Assembly (NCBI GenBank): GCA_016939335.1
Contig: JAFGHC010000027.1
Coordinates: 1-60,666 of the forward strand
DNA from: Candidatus Saganbacteria bacterium
Lineage (GTDB): Bacteria; Margulisbacteria; WOR-1; O2-12-FULL-45-9; XYB2-FULL-48-7
Direction of reading: 5' to 3'
DNA: 60,666 nucleotides
The notes beneath the pieces are model-generated. The model made no database searches, had not been told where the DNA came from, and saw only the letters and a program-made list of their open reading frames with translations. This document shows positions 1 through 8,824 of the stretch, piece after piece (position 1 is the stretch's first letter; each line of letters opens with the position of its first letter). A program made the translations under genes and the position numbers.

Positions 1-109
1 TATACTTGCGGAAGTTGCGCCCGGAGGCCAATGCCGGCCGATATCAGCACTGTCTTTCAGGGGGCAATGATGTTCCCGATTTTACCGTTTTTGTTCTATA
101 ATATGGGGG

Positions 110-382
110 ATGAAGCAGAAACGGTGGTCCGGCAGAGTGACCCGCGCAAGCAACGCGCTTGATCTTGAGGGCGGGATCTTTACTTTCCCCGATCCCAAGC
201 GGATCGCCCGCTCGCTCAAGCGCTCGGCGCTGGCAAGCGCCCGCCGCAAAGCCCGCCCTTTCCAGTCGGCCATGTCGATGCTGAATTTCTACATCAACCG
301 GGCGGGCAAGAACCTGCCCAAGAGCCGGCTGGCGATACTCAACAAGGCAAAAGATGAATTAAGGAGGTTGTTCAAGCGATGA
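110..382 (+). CDS. DUF3175-family small basic protein
   Basis: WS..VT..SNALDLE.G.FT..DPKRIARSLKRSA..S.RRKA.PF.SAMSML.FYINRAGKNL matches the DUF3175 pattern as recalled. Confidence 0.8.
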   Translation: MKQKRWSGRVTRASNALDLEGGIFTFPDPKRIARSLKRSALASARRKARPFQSAMSMLNFYINRAGKNLPKSRLAILNKAKDELRRLFKR

Positions 383-765
383 TCGGTAAAATACCGGAAA
401 ACGTCCTGTCCGCCATTCTGGAAACGCTCCCGGTCGAATTCTCGGTGCTGGACGCGGACGACCAGGTGATGGCCTGGAACAAGCATGACACCCGCATCTT
501 TAAGCGGCCCGAGGCGGCGCTCGGCCGCAACGTCCGCCAGTGCCATCCGCCCAAGAGCCTGGACAAGGTGCTGGCGATCATCAACGAGATGAAAGCGGGG
601 AAGCGCGGCAAGGCGCGTTTCTGGATCGACCTGCAAGGCAAGAAAGTGATGATCGAATATTATGCTCTGCGCGACAAGGCGGGGAAATATCTCGGCTGCC
701 TCGAAGCGTCGCAAGATATCACCGAGATCCAGGGGCTGAAGGGCGAGCAAAGACTGCTTGATTGA
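379..765 (+). CDS. Stand-alone PAS domain protein (PAS_10-like)
   Basis: ILETLPVEFSVLDADD, GRNVRQCHPPKS, IEYYALRD..GKYLGCLE.SQDIT; overlaps the upstream stop (ATGA). Confidence 0.8.
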   Translation: MIGKIPENVLSAILETLPVEFSVLDADDQVMAWNKHDTRIFKRPEAALGRNVRQCHPPKSLDKVLAIINEMKAGKRGKARFWIDLQGKKVMIEYYALRDKAGKYLGCLEASQDITEIQGLKGEQRLLD

Positions 766-821
766 TTAGTAATGCGTAACGGTCGCGGACCACGGGTGGC
801 GGCCGACGGGGAGACGGAACT

Positions 822-922
822 AAATTCGAAATCCGAATATCGAAATCCGAAGGAAATGAGATCAAAATTATAAATTCGAATTTCGTGCTTATTTCGAATT
901 TCGTATTTCGAGATTCGGATTT
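822..922. repeat. Inverted tandem 7-mer repeat element (AAATYCG-like / CGRATTT-like units), ORF-less
   Basis: Left arm aaatccgaatatcgaaatccgaa; right arm ttcgtatttcgagattcggattt is its near reverse complement; same family as 55308-55447. Confidence 0.85.
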
Positions 923-930
923 ATGAGCCC

Positions 931-1098
931 CTACATCTTCAAATAAGCCAGCGCCTGATAGATGAGCATCGCGGGCCAGACGAGGGATTTGAGGACGCCG
1001 AGGCAGCCGTTGCCGAACGAGGTCGTGTGCTGAATGTAATAGACCAGCGCGCCGATGAGGCCGAGAACGTAAACCATGCCTCCGCCGCCTTTGTTCAT
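931..1098 (-). CDS. Small two-TM membrane protein (55 aa), missed by the ORF track
   Basis: Hand translation MNKGGGGMVYVLGLIGALVYYIQHTTSFGNGCLGVLKSLVWPAMLIYQALAYLKM*; starts 4 nt after the upstream gene's stop; resembles a widespread small hypothetical family. Confidence 0.75.
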   Translation of the reverse strand: MNKGGGGMVYVLGLIGALVYYIQHTTSFGNGCLGVLKSLVWPAMLIYQALAYLKM

Positions 1099-1102
1099 GC
1101 AA

Positions 1103-1444
1103 TTATTTTCCTGCCGGCTTGTTCGTCTTCAGCTTTTCCCGCCGCTCTTTCCGCTCCTGGCGGACCGCCTGGCGGTGCGCCTGCTTCTTTTTGCGCATTT
1201 CCTGCCGGAAGGCCTTGTTCTCGGCCATCTGTTTCTTACGCTGTCCGGCCCAGGCCTTTTGTTTTTCCGCCCGGCTCTTGCCGGCCAGGCCCTGCTTCAG
1301 CGCGATGTTCTCCTTGCGCTGCTCGAGCCGGTGGGAGCGCACCGCTTGCCGCTGCTCGCGCCGGAAAGCCGCCCGTTCATTCGCCAGCACCGCGAGCGAG
1401 AGCGCCGTCAGGACCAGGAGCGAACCGATCATTATCTTTTTCAT
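1103..1444 (-). CDS. Secreted highly basic coiled-coil hypothetical protein
   Basis: Signal peptide MKKIMIGSLLVLTALSLAVLA, K/R/E/Q-rich helical body, GAGGTG RBS. Confidence 0.7.
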   Translation of the reverse strand: MKKIMIGSLLVLTALSLAVLANERAAFRREQRQAVRSHRLEQRKENIALKQGLAGKSRAEKQKAWAGQRKKQMAENKAFRQEMRKKKQAHRQAVRQERKERREKLKTNKPAGK

Positions 1445-1503
1445 GATCAGTCACCTCTTGGGCTGGAAGTATAGCAGAACGGCCGGGCGCGCCCCGGACG
1501 GCA

Positions 1504-2280
1504 CTACCTTAAAAAAACAAGCGTCCCCCACATTATCATCATCCCGAGAATTATGCCCAGAGAGACGAGATGCTCCTCTCCGTATTTATGGGCGGCGGGC
1601 AGGAGCTCATCAAAACTTATATAGATCATTATCCCGGCGACAAAAGCCAGCATGCCGTTAACCAACCCCGGCGTTAAAAATGGCCAGAGCAGCAGGGCGG
1701 CGGCAACCGCGCCGAGCGGCTCGGTAAGCCCGGAAGCGAATGAATACCAGAAAGCTTTCTTTCTGCTGTTGGTAGCGCAATAGACCGGCAGGGAGACCGA
1801 GATCCCTTCCGGTATATTATGGATGGCGATGGCCGCCGCCAGAATAACGCCGACCCCGATGGAATGAACGGTGCCGACGAACACCGTGACCCCTTCGGCC
1901 ACATTATGGATAGCGATCCCGATCGCCGTCAGCATTCCGGTCCTGGCCAGTTGTTCGGCTTTGCGATCGTTTTTATCGACGGGGAGGCATTCCGCTATAT
2001 ACTCGTGGGGGATCACTACGTCAATCAGAAAAACCAGCAGGATGCCCGCAAGGAATATTATATTGGCCCAGATAAAACCGATCTGGCCGATCGACCGGCC
2101 GAGCAACTCGACAAAGGAGATATAGATCATTACTCCGGCGGAGAGCCCCATACCAAGCGCTAACGTTTTATTGTCATTCTTTTTAATGAGCAGCGACAGC
2201 AGTGCGCCGATGGTGGTCGAGAATCCGGCTAATAATGACAGGCCTATCCCGATTAAAACAATCTCCTTAGGAATCCCCAT
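1504..2280 (-). CDS. zupT: ZIP-family zinc/divalent metal transporter ZupT
   Basis: GLSAGVMIYISF, AIAIHN.AEG / AIAIHNIPEG, GIMIYISFDELLP; start adjusted to MGIPKE. Confidence 0.9.
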   Translation of the reverse strand: MGIPKEIVLIGIGLSLLAGFSTTIGALLSLLIKKNDNKTLALGMGLSAGVMIYISFVELLGRSIGQIGFIWANIIFLAGILLVFLIDVVIPHEYIAECLPVDKNDRKAEQLARTGMLTAIGIAIHNVAEGVTVFVGTVHSIGVGVILAAAIAIHNIPEGISVSLPVYCATNSRKKAFWYSFASGLTEPLGAVAAALLLWPFLTPGLVNGMLAFVAGIMIYISFDELLPAAHKYGEEHLVSLGIILGMMIMWGTLVFLR

Positions 2281-2366
2281 ATTTTTATTATAGCACCCGA
2301 AGACGAACACCGCATGAATGGCGCCGGGTAAAACGGCTTTCGTGTGCTAAAATATTTATAACTTTT

Positions 2367-2413
2367 ATGTTATGTTTAGCCAGCGAAACTTCGTGCGCCC
2401 CACGAATACATCA
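2367..2413 (+). pseudogene. Remnant tsaD 5' end / attL-like site (copy 1)
   Basis: atgttatgtttagccagcgaaacttcgtgcg = MLCLASETSC, versus tsaD start VLVMAIETSC; followed by aatacatca. Confidence 0.65.
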
Positions 2414-2415
2414 CT

Positions 2416-3420
2416 ATGAGCGATAAAAGCCCGATCGCCAGGGTCGTCGCCCATTATCGGGACAGATACCGGGTCAGGAGCGGCCAGAACGAGTTCTGGG
2501 CCGAAGTGACCGGTAAAATGATGTTCACCGCGGCCGGGCCGGCCGATTACCCGCTCGTCGGCGATCTGGTAGAGATAACGGAACTGGAAAGCGATCATGC
2601 CATGATCAGACGGGTCGTGCCGAGAAAAACGCTCTTGCAGCGAAAAGCGTCCGGCAAAATCGCGGCTCAGCCGATCGCCGCCAACATCGATACCGCTTTT
2701 GTCGTTCAGGCGGCCGATCGCGATCATAATTTAAACCGCCTGGACCGTTATCTGGCGATCATCCGGGCCGGCAAGATCGAGCCGGTCATCGTCTTGAACA
2801 AGATCGACCTGGCAGCCGAGGGCCGGCTGGCCGGCATACTCGCGCAGATCGCCGGGCGCCATCAAGATACCACCGTGATCGCCACCAGCGCCGCGGCCGG
2901 CGACGGCCTGAAAGAGTTGCGCGCAAGACTGGAGAGCGGGAAAGTCCACTGTTTTGTCGGTTCTTCCGGCGCGGGCAAATCGTCAATTATCAACAAATTG
3001 CTGGGCAAGGAACTGCTGAAAACAAAAGAGATCAGCCTGTTCACCAAGAAAGGGAAACACACGACCACTCACCGCCAGCTGTTCATCCTCGATAGCGGCG
3101 CCCTGGTCATCGATAATCCGGGGATGAGGGAGATCGGGGTGGCGGACAGCGGCCCCGCCCTGGCCGGCGTTTTCGCTGAGATCGCGGACCTGGCCCGGGA
3201 TTGCCGGTACACCGATTGCGCTCACGATCACGAGCCGGGCTGCGCCATCCTGGCCGCGCTAAAGTCGGGCGCCATCGACCGCGATCAATACCTGAATTAC
3301 CTGAAACTGAAAAAGGAAGCCGATCATTACGCCCTGTCCAGCCTGGAGAAAAAGCAAAAAGACCGCGGCTTAAGCCGCCTGATCAAGAATTACTACAAAC
3401 AAACAAAGAGCGGGCGATAA
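2416..3420 (+). CDS. rsgA: Ribosome small subunit-dependent GTPase A
   Basis: OB-fold start, NKID, GSSGAGKS, GKHTTT, DNPG, C-terminal CRYTDCAH..EPGC zinc site. Confidence 0.95.
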   Translation: MSDKSPIARVVAHYRDRYRVRSGQNEFWAEVTGKMMFTAAGPADYPLVGDLVEITELESDHAMIRRVVPRKTLLQRKASGKIAAQPIAANIDTAFVVQAADRDHNLNRLDRYLAIIRAGKIEPVIVLNKIDLAAEGRLAGILAQIAGRHQDTTVIATSAAAGDGLKELRARLESGKVHCFVGSSGAGKSSIINKLLGKELLKTKEISLFTKKGKHTTTHRQLFILDSGALVIDNPGMREIGVADSGPALAGVFAEIADLARDCRYTDCAHDHEPGCAILAALKSGAIDRDQYLNYLKLKKEADHYALSSLEKKQKDRGLSRLIKNYYKQTKSGR

Positions 3421-3452
3421 TCGTTATCGCTGTGATAAAATGATGATCCAAC

Positions 3453-3500
3453 ATGCTTTGCTTAGCCATCGAAACTTCGTGCGTTCCCCAAACACATCAG
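3453..3500 (+). pseudogene. Remnant tsaD 5' end / attL-like site (copy 2), left border of island
   Basis: atgctttgcttagccatcgaaacttcgtgcg = MLCLAIETSC, then stops after 20 codons; ends in aacacatcag, the reverse complement of ctgatgtgtt at 8820-8829. Confidence 0.75.
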
Positions 3501-3579
3501 GGTAAATTTGGCTAAGGCGCTCAAGGCATCCCCCACCATACTACCTGAAAAAGCATTACGATCTAAATAATCCAATTCG

Positions 3580-4125
3580 CTATATTTTGGATAAACATTC
3601 GTCAAATTGTTCCGACAAAATAACCAAAGAATTATCTGGATGAAAAGTATTTTTCCCTACTCTTTTTAGGTAGCGGAGATACACGCGTTGGCGAAGAAAT
3701 GCGTCTAATAATGTCGCCGAGCGAGCAACAAGCACGCCTATTCTCCCAAGAGCAGAAGCATTTATTAAATCTCCAAGCAGATGTTTTCTACTCCCTGTAT
3801 CTTCAATCTCAATACAAAAAAGGCATCGCGCATTTTCATTAAAGTGCAGGATGCCATCAAACGAAACGCGTTCCTGAATATCACCGACAACATTTTTGTT
3901 ATGTTTATTAATCAAGCTTTCTACAAAACCACGCGTTTTCATGAGAGCTTGCGTGTATTCAGCCTCATATGTCCTTTGGATGGCAAAAGGCCCAACAGCC
4001 AAATCAACAACTGGGGAATATATTTGACGCCCCTCTCCCATAAATGGTCTCCACTGGACCTCCACTTCATTATAAAGCTTTTTCAATCTTTTTTTTGCTT
4101 TTTCCTGATATTCTCTCTCATTCAT
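3580..4125 (-). CDS. Putative PD-(D/E)xK-fold nuclease-like protein
   Basis: P.VDLAV ... CIEIEDTGSRKHLLGD.INAS.LGRIGVLV restriction-endonuclease-like spacing. Confidence 0.5.
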   Translation of the reverse strand: MNEREYQEKAKKRLKKLYNEVEVQWRPFMGEGRQIYSPVVDLAVGPFAIQRTYEAEYTQALMKTRGFVESLINKHNKNVVGDIQERVSFDGILHFNENARCLFCIEIEDTGSRKHLLGDLINASALGRIGVLVARSATLLDAFLRQRVYLRYLKRVGKNTFHPDNSLVILSEQFDECLSKI

Positions 4126-4144
4126 ATATTTCTAATCATCGCGG

Positions 4145-7100
4145 TCATCCTAGCTCAACTGTGGGGTATAATTCTTCTAACAAGCGCTGAATTTCTTTGC
4201 ATAGCCCTCTTTGCATTTCTGTTTTTGGGTTTATTGCCTTATAAGCTTTTACGAGCTCATTCATATAATAGCAATTCACTAAAATCCCTTTCTTTGTCGC
4301 GTCAGATATCATTTTAAGCAAAAAAGAAAATACTGACAAAAAATCATCGAGCGATTGCCCTAATATAATTTGGAAAACATCTTCCTCCGCCCCCCATAAT
4401 TGAGCATTTTGCTTATTTTTGATATGGGAATCGATCTCTATCTTAAATGCCTTCATAAACATATTCTTATATTTAGCATATTTACTTGGGCTTGCTATCT
4501 CAACTTCTATCACTCGATAAATATGCTCATACGCTTCTTTATCATATATATTCACCATGTGTTCAAAATATGGCTCTACCCTCAAAAAGTCATCTGTGGA
4601 TTTCTGTTGATCGTTTTGCGCAAGATTCCAGAATTCCCATGCTAATTGTCCTTTAAAAGGGCTTTCACTTGAGCATAATACCCTCAACTTATCTTTAAAG
4701 GGTTTAGAATTAAATTTTTGATCATCTTCTACAAATTCAGCATAATAGATAAAAAGGAATGCTGCCTTAGCCGCGCCCCTTCTCTCAAAAATAGATAGAA
4801 CTGCAGTCGCGTCATCAACACTCAAATCACGAATAAATGAGAACACATGAATTAGATATTCAATTAAATCGTAAGGCTTGGACAATTTCGCTTCGAATTG
4901 GTCATTTATTTGACGCAAAAGATTAAGCGCATAAAGCTTAATCTCATCCCCGAGGCCAGCCCTATACTCATTTAATTTGCCTCGCCTCCAATAATCAGAT
5001 AAATCAAGGAAAGGCACTAAAGCTTCTTTCCTTATGTATAGATCGGGCTCAGAATATTCTAACTTCTTTGCAAGAACGCCATCTAAGTCCATCAAGATTT
5101 TTATCTTTTCATAGGCATACGCCATCATACTAGGGTCATTCGTCAAAACAAAATACTTTAATAACCAAGCAACATGGGCTCTCACGCCGGAAATTGTGGG
5201 GATAGATTCACCGTTCTTAATTTTTATGTGCTGATTATATCTGTCCTGTTTGTCAGTATCCGGGTCGGGATCATCGATACATAAATCTACAATGTTTTTA
5301 CCCTCATTATAATACTTATTCTTAACCAGCTCTTCGCCCATTATTACTATATTCATTCGTATGTGCGTGCTATTTTTAAATTTACTCCAAAATACATCTT
5401 TATTCTTCAGATATGGCGAAATCATTGCATACGTCTTAACTGGATCAATCTTAGATAATTCCCTTATCGGTGCCGCTAAAAAATCCAAAACCTGCTCGCT
5501 TGGCGCCTCCTTACTTAGCAAGCAATGAACAATCTTCTCCCCACGCACAGCTCCTTCTGCCCAATCTTTTTCTATTAGCCCGGTGATAATCCCACTCTTA
5601 TCCCACACAATATCGCTATTAGATTCGTTTAAATATTTCGCAAAATCAATAGTATTGAATATATCCACTATAAAGCCGGGATCTGTTCCGGGGATTTGTT
5701 CTTTAATAAGCAATTCAAAAGAATCAAAATTATGATTATCATACCTAGCAAAATCTTTTCTTTTGATTAGAGACAAAAAGTATTCTTTTGCCGGCTCATA
5801 CCCTATTTTAATTAATTTAACCAGCACATGTATCGCAAAAAGACTCGTAGGATATCCAGGCTCATATTTACTAGCATCGAGCTTTATAAGCTCAATAATT
5901 CTATTTAATCCATATTGATTTAATTCGCCCTGGCTTAATAAATAAAATACCATCTCTGACGTCTGAGGAAGTCCTTTAATTATTTGCACAATATCTTTTA
6001 GGGCTAAAAAGGCATCCTCTCTTTTTGCGGCGCTAAGCGTATTGTCTGAGATTCTTTCCATCACGATTGGGATTAGCGCCCGATAAAGAAAAACGGGGTT
6101 ATTCCTACTTATACGTTTAAGCAAAATATTCCTTTTAAAGAAAAGCCATGAATTAGCTTTGTTCCCCTCATACATCTCCAAAAATAATGGTTTAAACAAC
6201 AACCTCACTACGCCCTTATCAGAAATTGAATAAGTATTTCCCACTTGCAACCTCCCACCACCAGCCCGCTCATACCCCTTAAATCCTCCGCCATATATGG
6301 CATTAAATTGAGCCGAGATTTTACCAACAACATATTTAAAATTTTTAAAATTTATTTTTAAATTAGAACAAATATAATTTCTAACGAACTTATAAATCAG
6401 AGGGGGAGTTTCAACAACGTTTTCAAAATCATCCGAAGTAAAATCATAGTATTTAAACAAAAAAGCAATAAATTCTCCCACATTTGATGCCCGGCCCAAC
6501 AATGCCTGCATAATTTGAGCAATATGCTCATCTTCCTGCCAATTTTTCTTTTGCCTAGCCCTGCTATTCCTATACTTCCAATCAAAAGGCCTTAGTATTT
6601 CTTTCTTTAAAAATCCTATAATCAATGAATCGTATTCGCCTTTAGCATCTTTACTAACCACTTCTTCTAACATGTCCATAGCGTCATCGTACTCGAATTC
6701 GGAAGAAAACCGCCTATAATTATTGATTAGAAATTTCATGACATAAGAGGGAGACGCCAACCCATTTTTCCATTTTTCCCTTATAATGCGTATTGCAAAA
6801 TGAATATAACATTCTTTAATTAACATCTTTTCCAAAAAGAAGCTCATTTCTTCAATAGTGAAATTAGAACTTTTTAGTTTATCGCTTAGATAAAAGATTA
6901 ATTGTGGCTTCGCACTCAATTGGCTCAAATAGACATGATTATCAAGTTCTCGAAAATTATTCGGGCAATCTAAATAGGACTTTAATGCTATAACCTCATT
7001 CCCCATCTTGATTTTCGGGTCAAATGGCGTTGGAATATTTGACAAATATTGCTCAAATTCCAATAGTTTCGATTTAAATTCGTTATTAGATATAGCGCCC

Positions 7101-7690
7101 CCCGATTTCCCTGTGTTCATTATTTCTTTAAAATATTGGGCGATAATATTATCTTTATCTTTGTCATCATAATAAAAATGATATTTAAAGGTAAAATGTT
7201 CACTTATTCGGGCATGAATCGCTTCTATATTGTTAAACTCAATGATTTCGGTTCTTAATAAAAATGAAATTTCCTGCGGAGTCCAATTCTGCTTAACTAG
7301 CGTTTTAATCCTAGGGTTCTGGCTAAGCAATCCTTCTTTAAACAAATAAGCATAATTTTTTAGATATAGATACACATTCCTTGCCCTCTCGCTCAGTCGC
7401 CTAACAACGATGAAAAACCTGTCCTCAACCCCATACTGCTTGCGCAATTTCTTCGCAATAATATTTTTGATATCACTCAGCCTTAATGGTTTTGCAAACG
7501 ATTTAATCTCATAATCCTCAACAATATCTTTGTATATCAATGTGAAATCACTTCGTCCTGCCGGCTCAATAACAATTTTCTCAAAATCAGATTTTTCGCT
7601 GGCCGCCAACAAATAAAGAAGCGCTATGTCTGCCTGGTCAGAAATCCCAGTAACTGTTGATTGCCCTTTATTTTTCATTTTGCTCGCCAT
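4145..7690 (-). CDS. Large protein: N-terminal Cap4/DUF4297-like endonuclease plus about 950 aa predicted helical region
   Basis: G..DQ..IALLYLL ... IVIE....DF ... YEIK N-terminal motif order; no canonical Walker A seen. Confidence 0.55.
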   Translation of the reverse strand: MASKMKNKGQSTVTGISDQADIALLYLLAASEKSDFEKIVIEPAGRSDFTLIYKDIVEDYEIKSFAKPLRLSDIKNIIAKKLRKQYGVEDRFFIVVRRLSERARNVYLYLKNYAYLFKEGLLSQNPRIKTLVKQNWTPQEISFLLRTEIIEFNNIEAIHARISEHFTFKYHFYYDDKDKDNIIAQYFKEIMNTGKSGGAISNNEFKSKLLEFEQYLSNIPTPFDPKIKMGNEVIALKSYLDCPNNFRELDNHVYLSQLSAKPQLIFYLSDKLKSSNFTIEEMSFFLEKMLIKECYIHFAIRIIREKWKNGLASPSYVMKFLINNYRRFSSEFEYDDAMDMLEEVVSKDAKGEYDSLIIGFLKKEILRPFDWKYRNSRARQKKNWQEDEHIAQIMQALLGRASNVGEFIAFLFKYYDFTSDDFENVVETPPLIYKFVRNYICSNLKINFKNFKYVVGKISAQFNAIYGGGFKGYERAGGGRLQVGNTYSISDKGVVRLLFKPLFLEMYEGNKANSWLFFKRNILLKRISRNNPVFLYRALIPIVMERISDNTLSAAKREDAFLALKDIVQIIKGLPQTSEMVFYLLSQGELNQYGLNRIIELIKLDASKYEPGYPTSLFAIHVLVKLIKIGYEPAKEYFLSLIKRKDFARYDNHNFDSFELLIKEQIPGTDPGFIVDIFNTIDFAKYLNESNSDIVWDKSGIITGLIEKDWAEGAVRGEKIVHCLLSKEAPSEQVLDFLAAPIRELSKIDPVKTYAMISPYLKNKDVFWSKFKNSTHIRMNIVIMGEELVKNKYYNEGKNIVDLCIDDPDPDTDKQDRYNQHIKIKNGESIPTISGVRAHVAWLLKYFVLTNDPSMMAYAYEKIKILMDLDGVLAKKLEYSEPDLYIRKEALVPFLDLSDYWRRGKLNEYRAGLGDEIKLYALNLLRQINDQFEAKLSKPYDLIEYLIHVFSFIRDLSVDDATAVLSIFERRGAAKAAFLFIYYAEFVEDDQKFNSKPFKDKLRVLCSSESPFKGQLAWEFWNLAQNDQQKSTDDFLRVEPYFEHMVNIYDKEAYEHIYRVIEVEIASPSKYAKYKNMFMKAFKIEIDSHIKNKQNAQLWGAEEDVFQIILGQSLDDFLSVFSFLLKMISDATKKGILVNCYYMNELVKAYKAINPKTEMQRGLCKEIQRLLEELYPTVELG

Positions 7691-8229
7691 TTGCGCATAA
7701 CATCCGAAGGCTCATATGTTCGGTTTGCATTTTTTATTGTTTCACGATTACTAATAATACCCATCAATTCCTCTGCATCAATTATTTTTATATAGCTAAA
7801 CTCTTTCTTATTGCTATAAATATATTCGGCGGCACTTTTATTCACTTTTCCTGAAGTAACTATATAAAAACCGTCGAGGTGCACTCCCTCGCTACCCTTA
7901 CTTGATGTTCCAAAATTAAAGCTATGAGAAAATGCCATTTTAATTTGATTTTGAATCGTTATAATGTTGCTGTTTTTATCTGGCTTTCCCTTGCAAACAA
8001 GATCGACACATTTTACTTGCACTCCAAATCTTTTTCGATGACGAAATATATCGGGATTTTCAAACCACACATCTATCCCCATCTCGGCGCTTCCGTGCAT
8101 ATCCTTAACATCTTCTGCAAAAATATAATTTAGAAGTGGAATTATAATCTTCTGACGCAATAAGTCCTCATTTTTGATGGACTTCAATATATCTATATTA
8201 ATAGTATCTAGATTAATGTTTTTCTTCAT
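7675..8229 (-). CDS. Mrr-like restriction endonuclease domain protein
   Basis: E..L...II.PLL, HG.AEMGIDV, GVQVK, YIVTSG, IIDAEEL. Confidence 0.7.
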   Translation of the reverse strand: MKKNINLDTINIDILKSIKNEDLLRQKIIIPLLNYIFAEDVKDMHGSAEMGIDVWFENPDIFRHRKRFGVQVKCVDLVCKGKPDKNSNIITIQNQIKMAFSHSFNFGTSSKGSEGVHLDGFYIVTSGKVNKSAAEYIYSNKKEFSYIKIIDAEELMGIISNRETIKNANRTYEPSDVMRKWRAK

Positions 8230-8560
8230 GCATAAATGCCTTGATTTTCTGCTTCTTTATTTACTTATTCAATCTGCATGATGAATTATTATACCTCTTT
8301 TGCCTGTTTTAATCGCGAATACTTAGATAATATGGCATTCTTGCTATGCTGGTCGTCAGTTTTTCCCTCTTCAGCAGTATTGTTAATAATCGACAAAGCT
8401 ATTTGTATCCCGCCCGTCCTTAAGAGAAGGCAACATTTCTTTTTTAATCTTTCGTTCTTTCGTTAATTTCGCTCCCTAAAGAACAACATCAAGGTTTTTA
8501 TTCAAACCTCTTTATGTTAAAATCACATTCAGTTAACGAATTAAAGGAGGGGGTGTTTCC

Positions 8561-8770
8561 ATGAAAGAATTTGTGGCAATTGAAGATTTAAACGAAGTGT
8601 TTGCTGATTTTAAGAGAAAATTAAATGGATATGTTTTAAGGCGTGCTAAAGAAGAAACTTTAAGGCTATCACCCAATAAAGCCAAGAGAATCATGGCTAA
8701 AGTATTAGATATTTATAAACAAAGAAAGCTAACAAATAAAATTCTTGATGACATCTTAAAATCCTCATAA
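8561..8770 (+). CDS. Small basic hypothetical protein at the island's right end
   Basis: Strong AAGGAGG RBS, 69 aa ORF. Confidence 0.55.
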   Translation: MKEFVAIEDLNEVFADFKRKLNGYVLRRAKEETLRLSPNKAKRIMAKVLDIYKQRKLTNKILDDILKSS

Positions 8771-8824
8771 GAAATTATATTTTGTTCTTTATGTTTTCCG
8801 TAAATATCAAGGAGAACTACTGAT

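Noticed and set aside
822-922. Possible CRISPR array (also 55308-55447 and 29281-29326)
   Set aside because: Units are 7-10 bp tandem repeats without unique spacers, and there are no cas genes.
4145-7690. STAND/NACHT NTPase (Avs) call based on NTGKS
   Set aside because: It lacks the GxxGxGKS/T context and a Walker B; not supported by eye.
8290-8470. Minus-strand open frame INERTKRLKKKCC...AKEV* with a GGGAG upstream
   Set aside because: It has no canonical start codon and no recognisable motif, so it cannot be supported as a gene.
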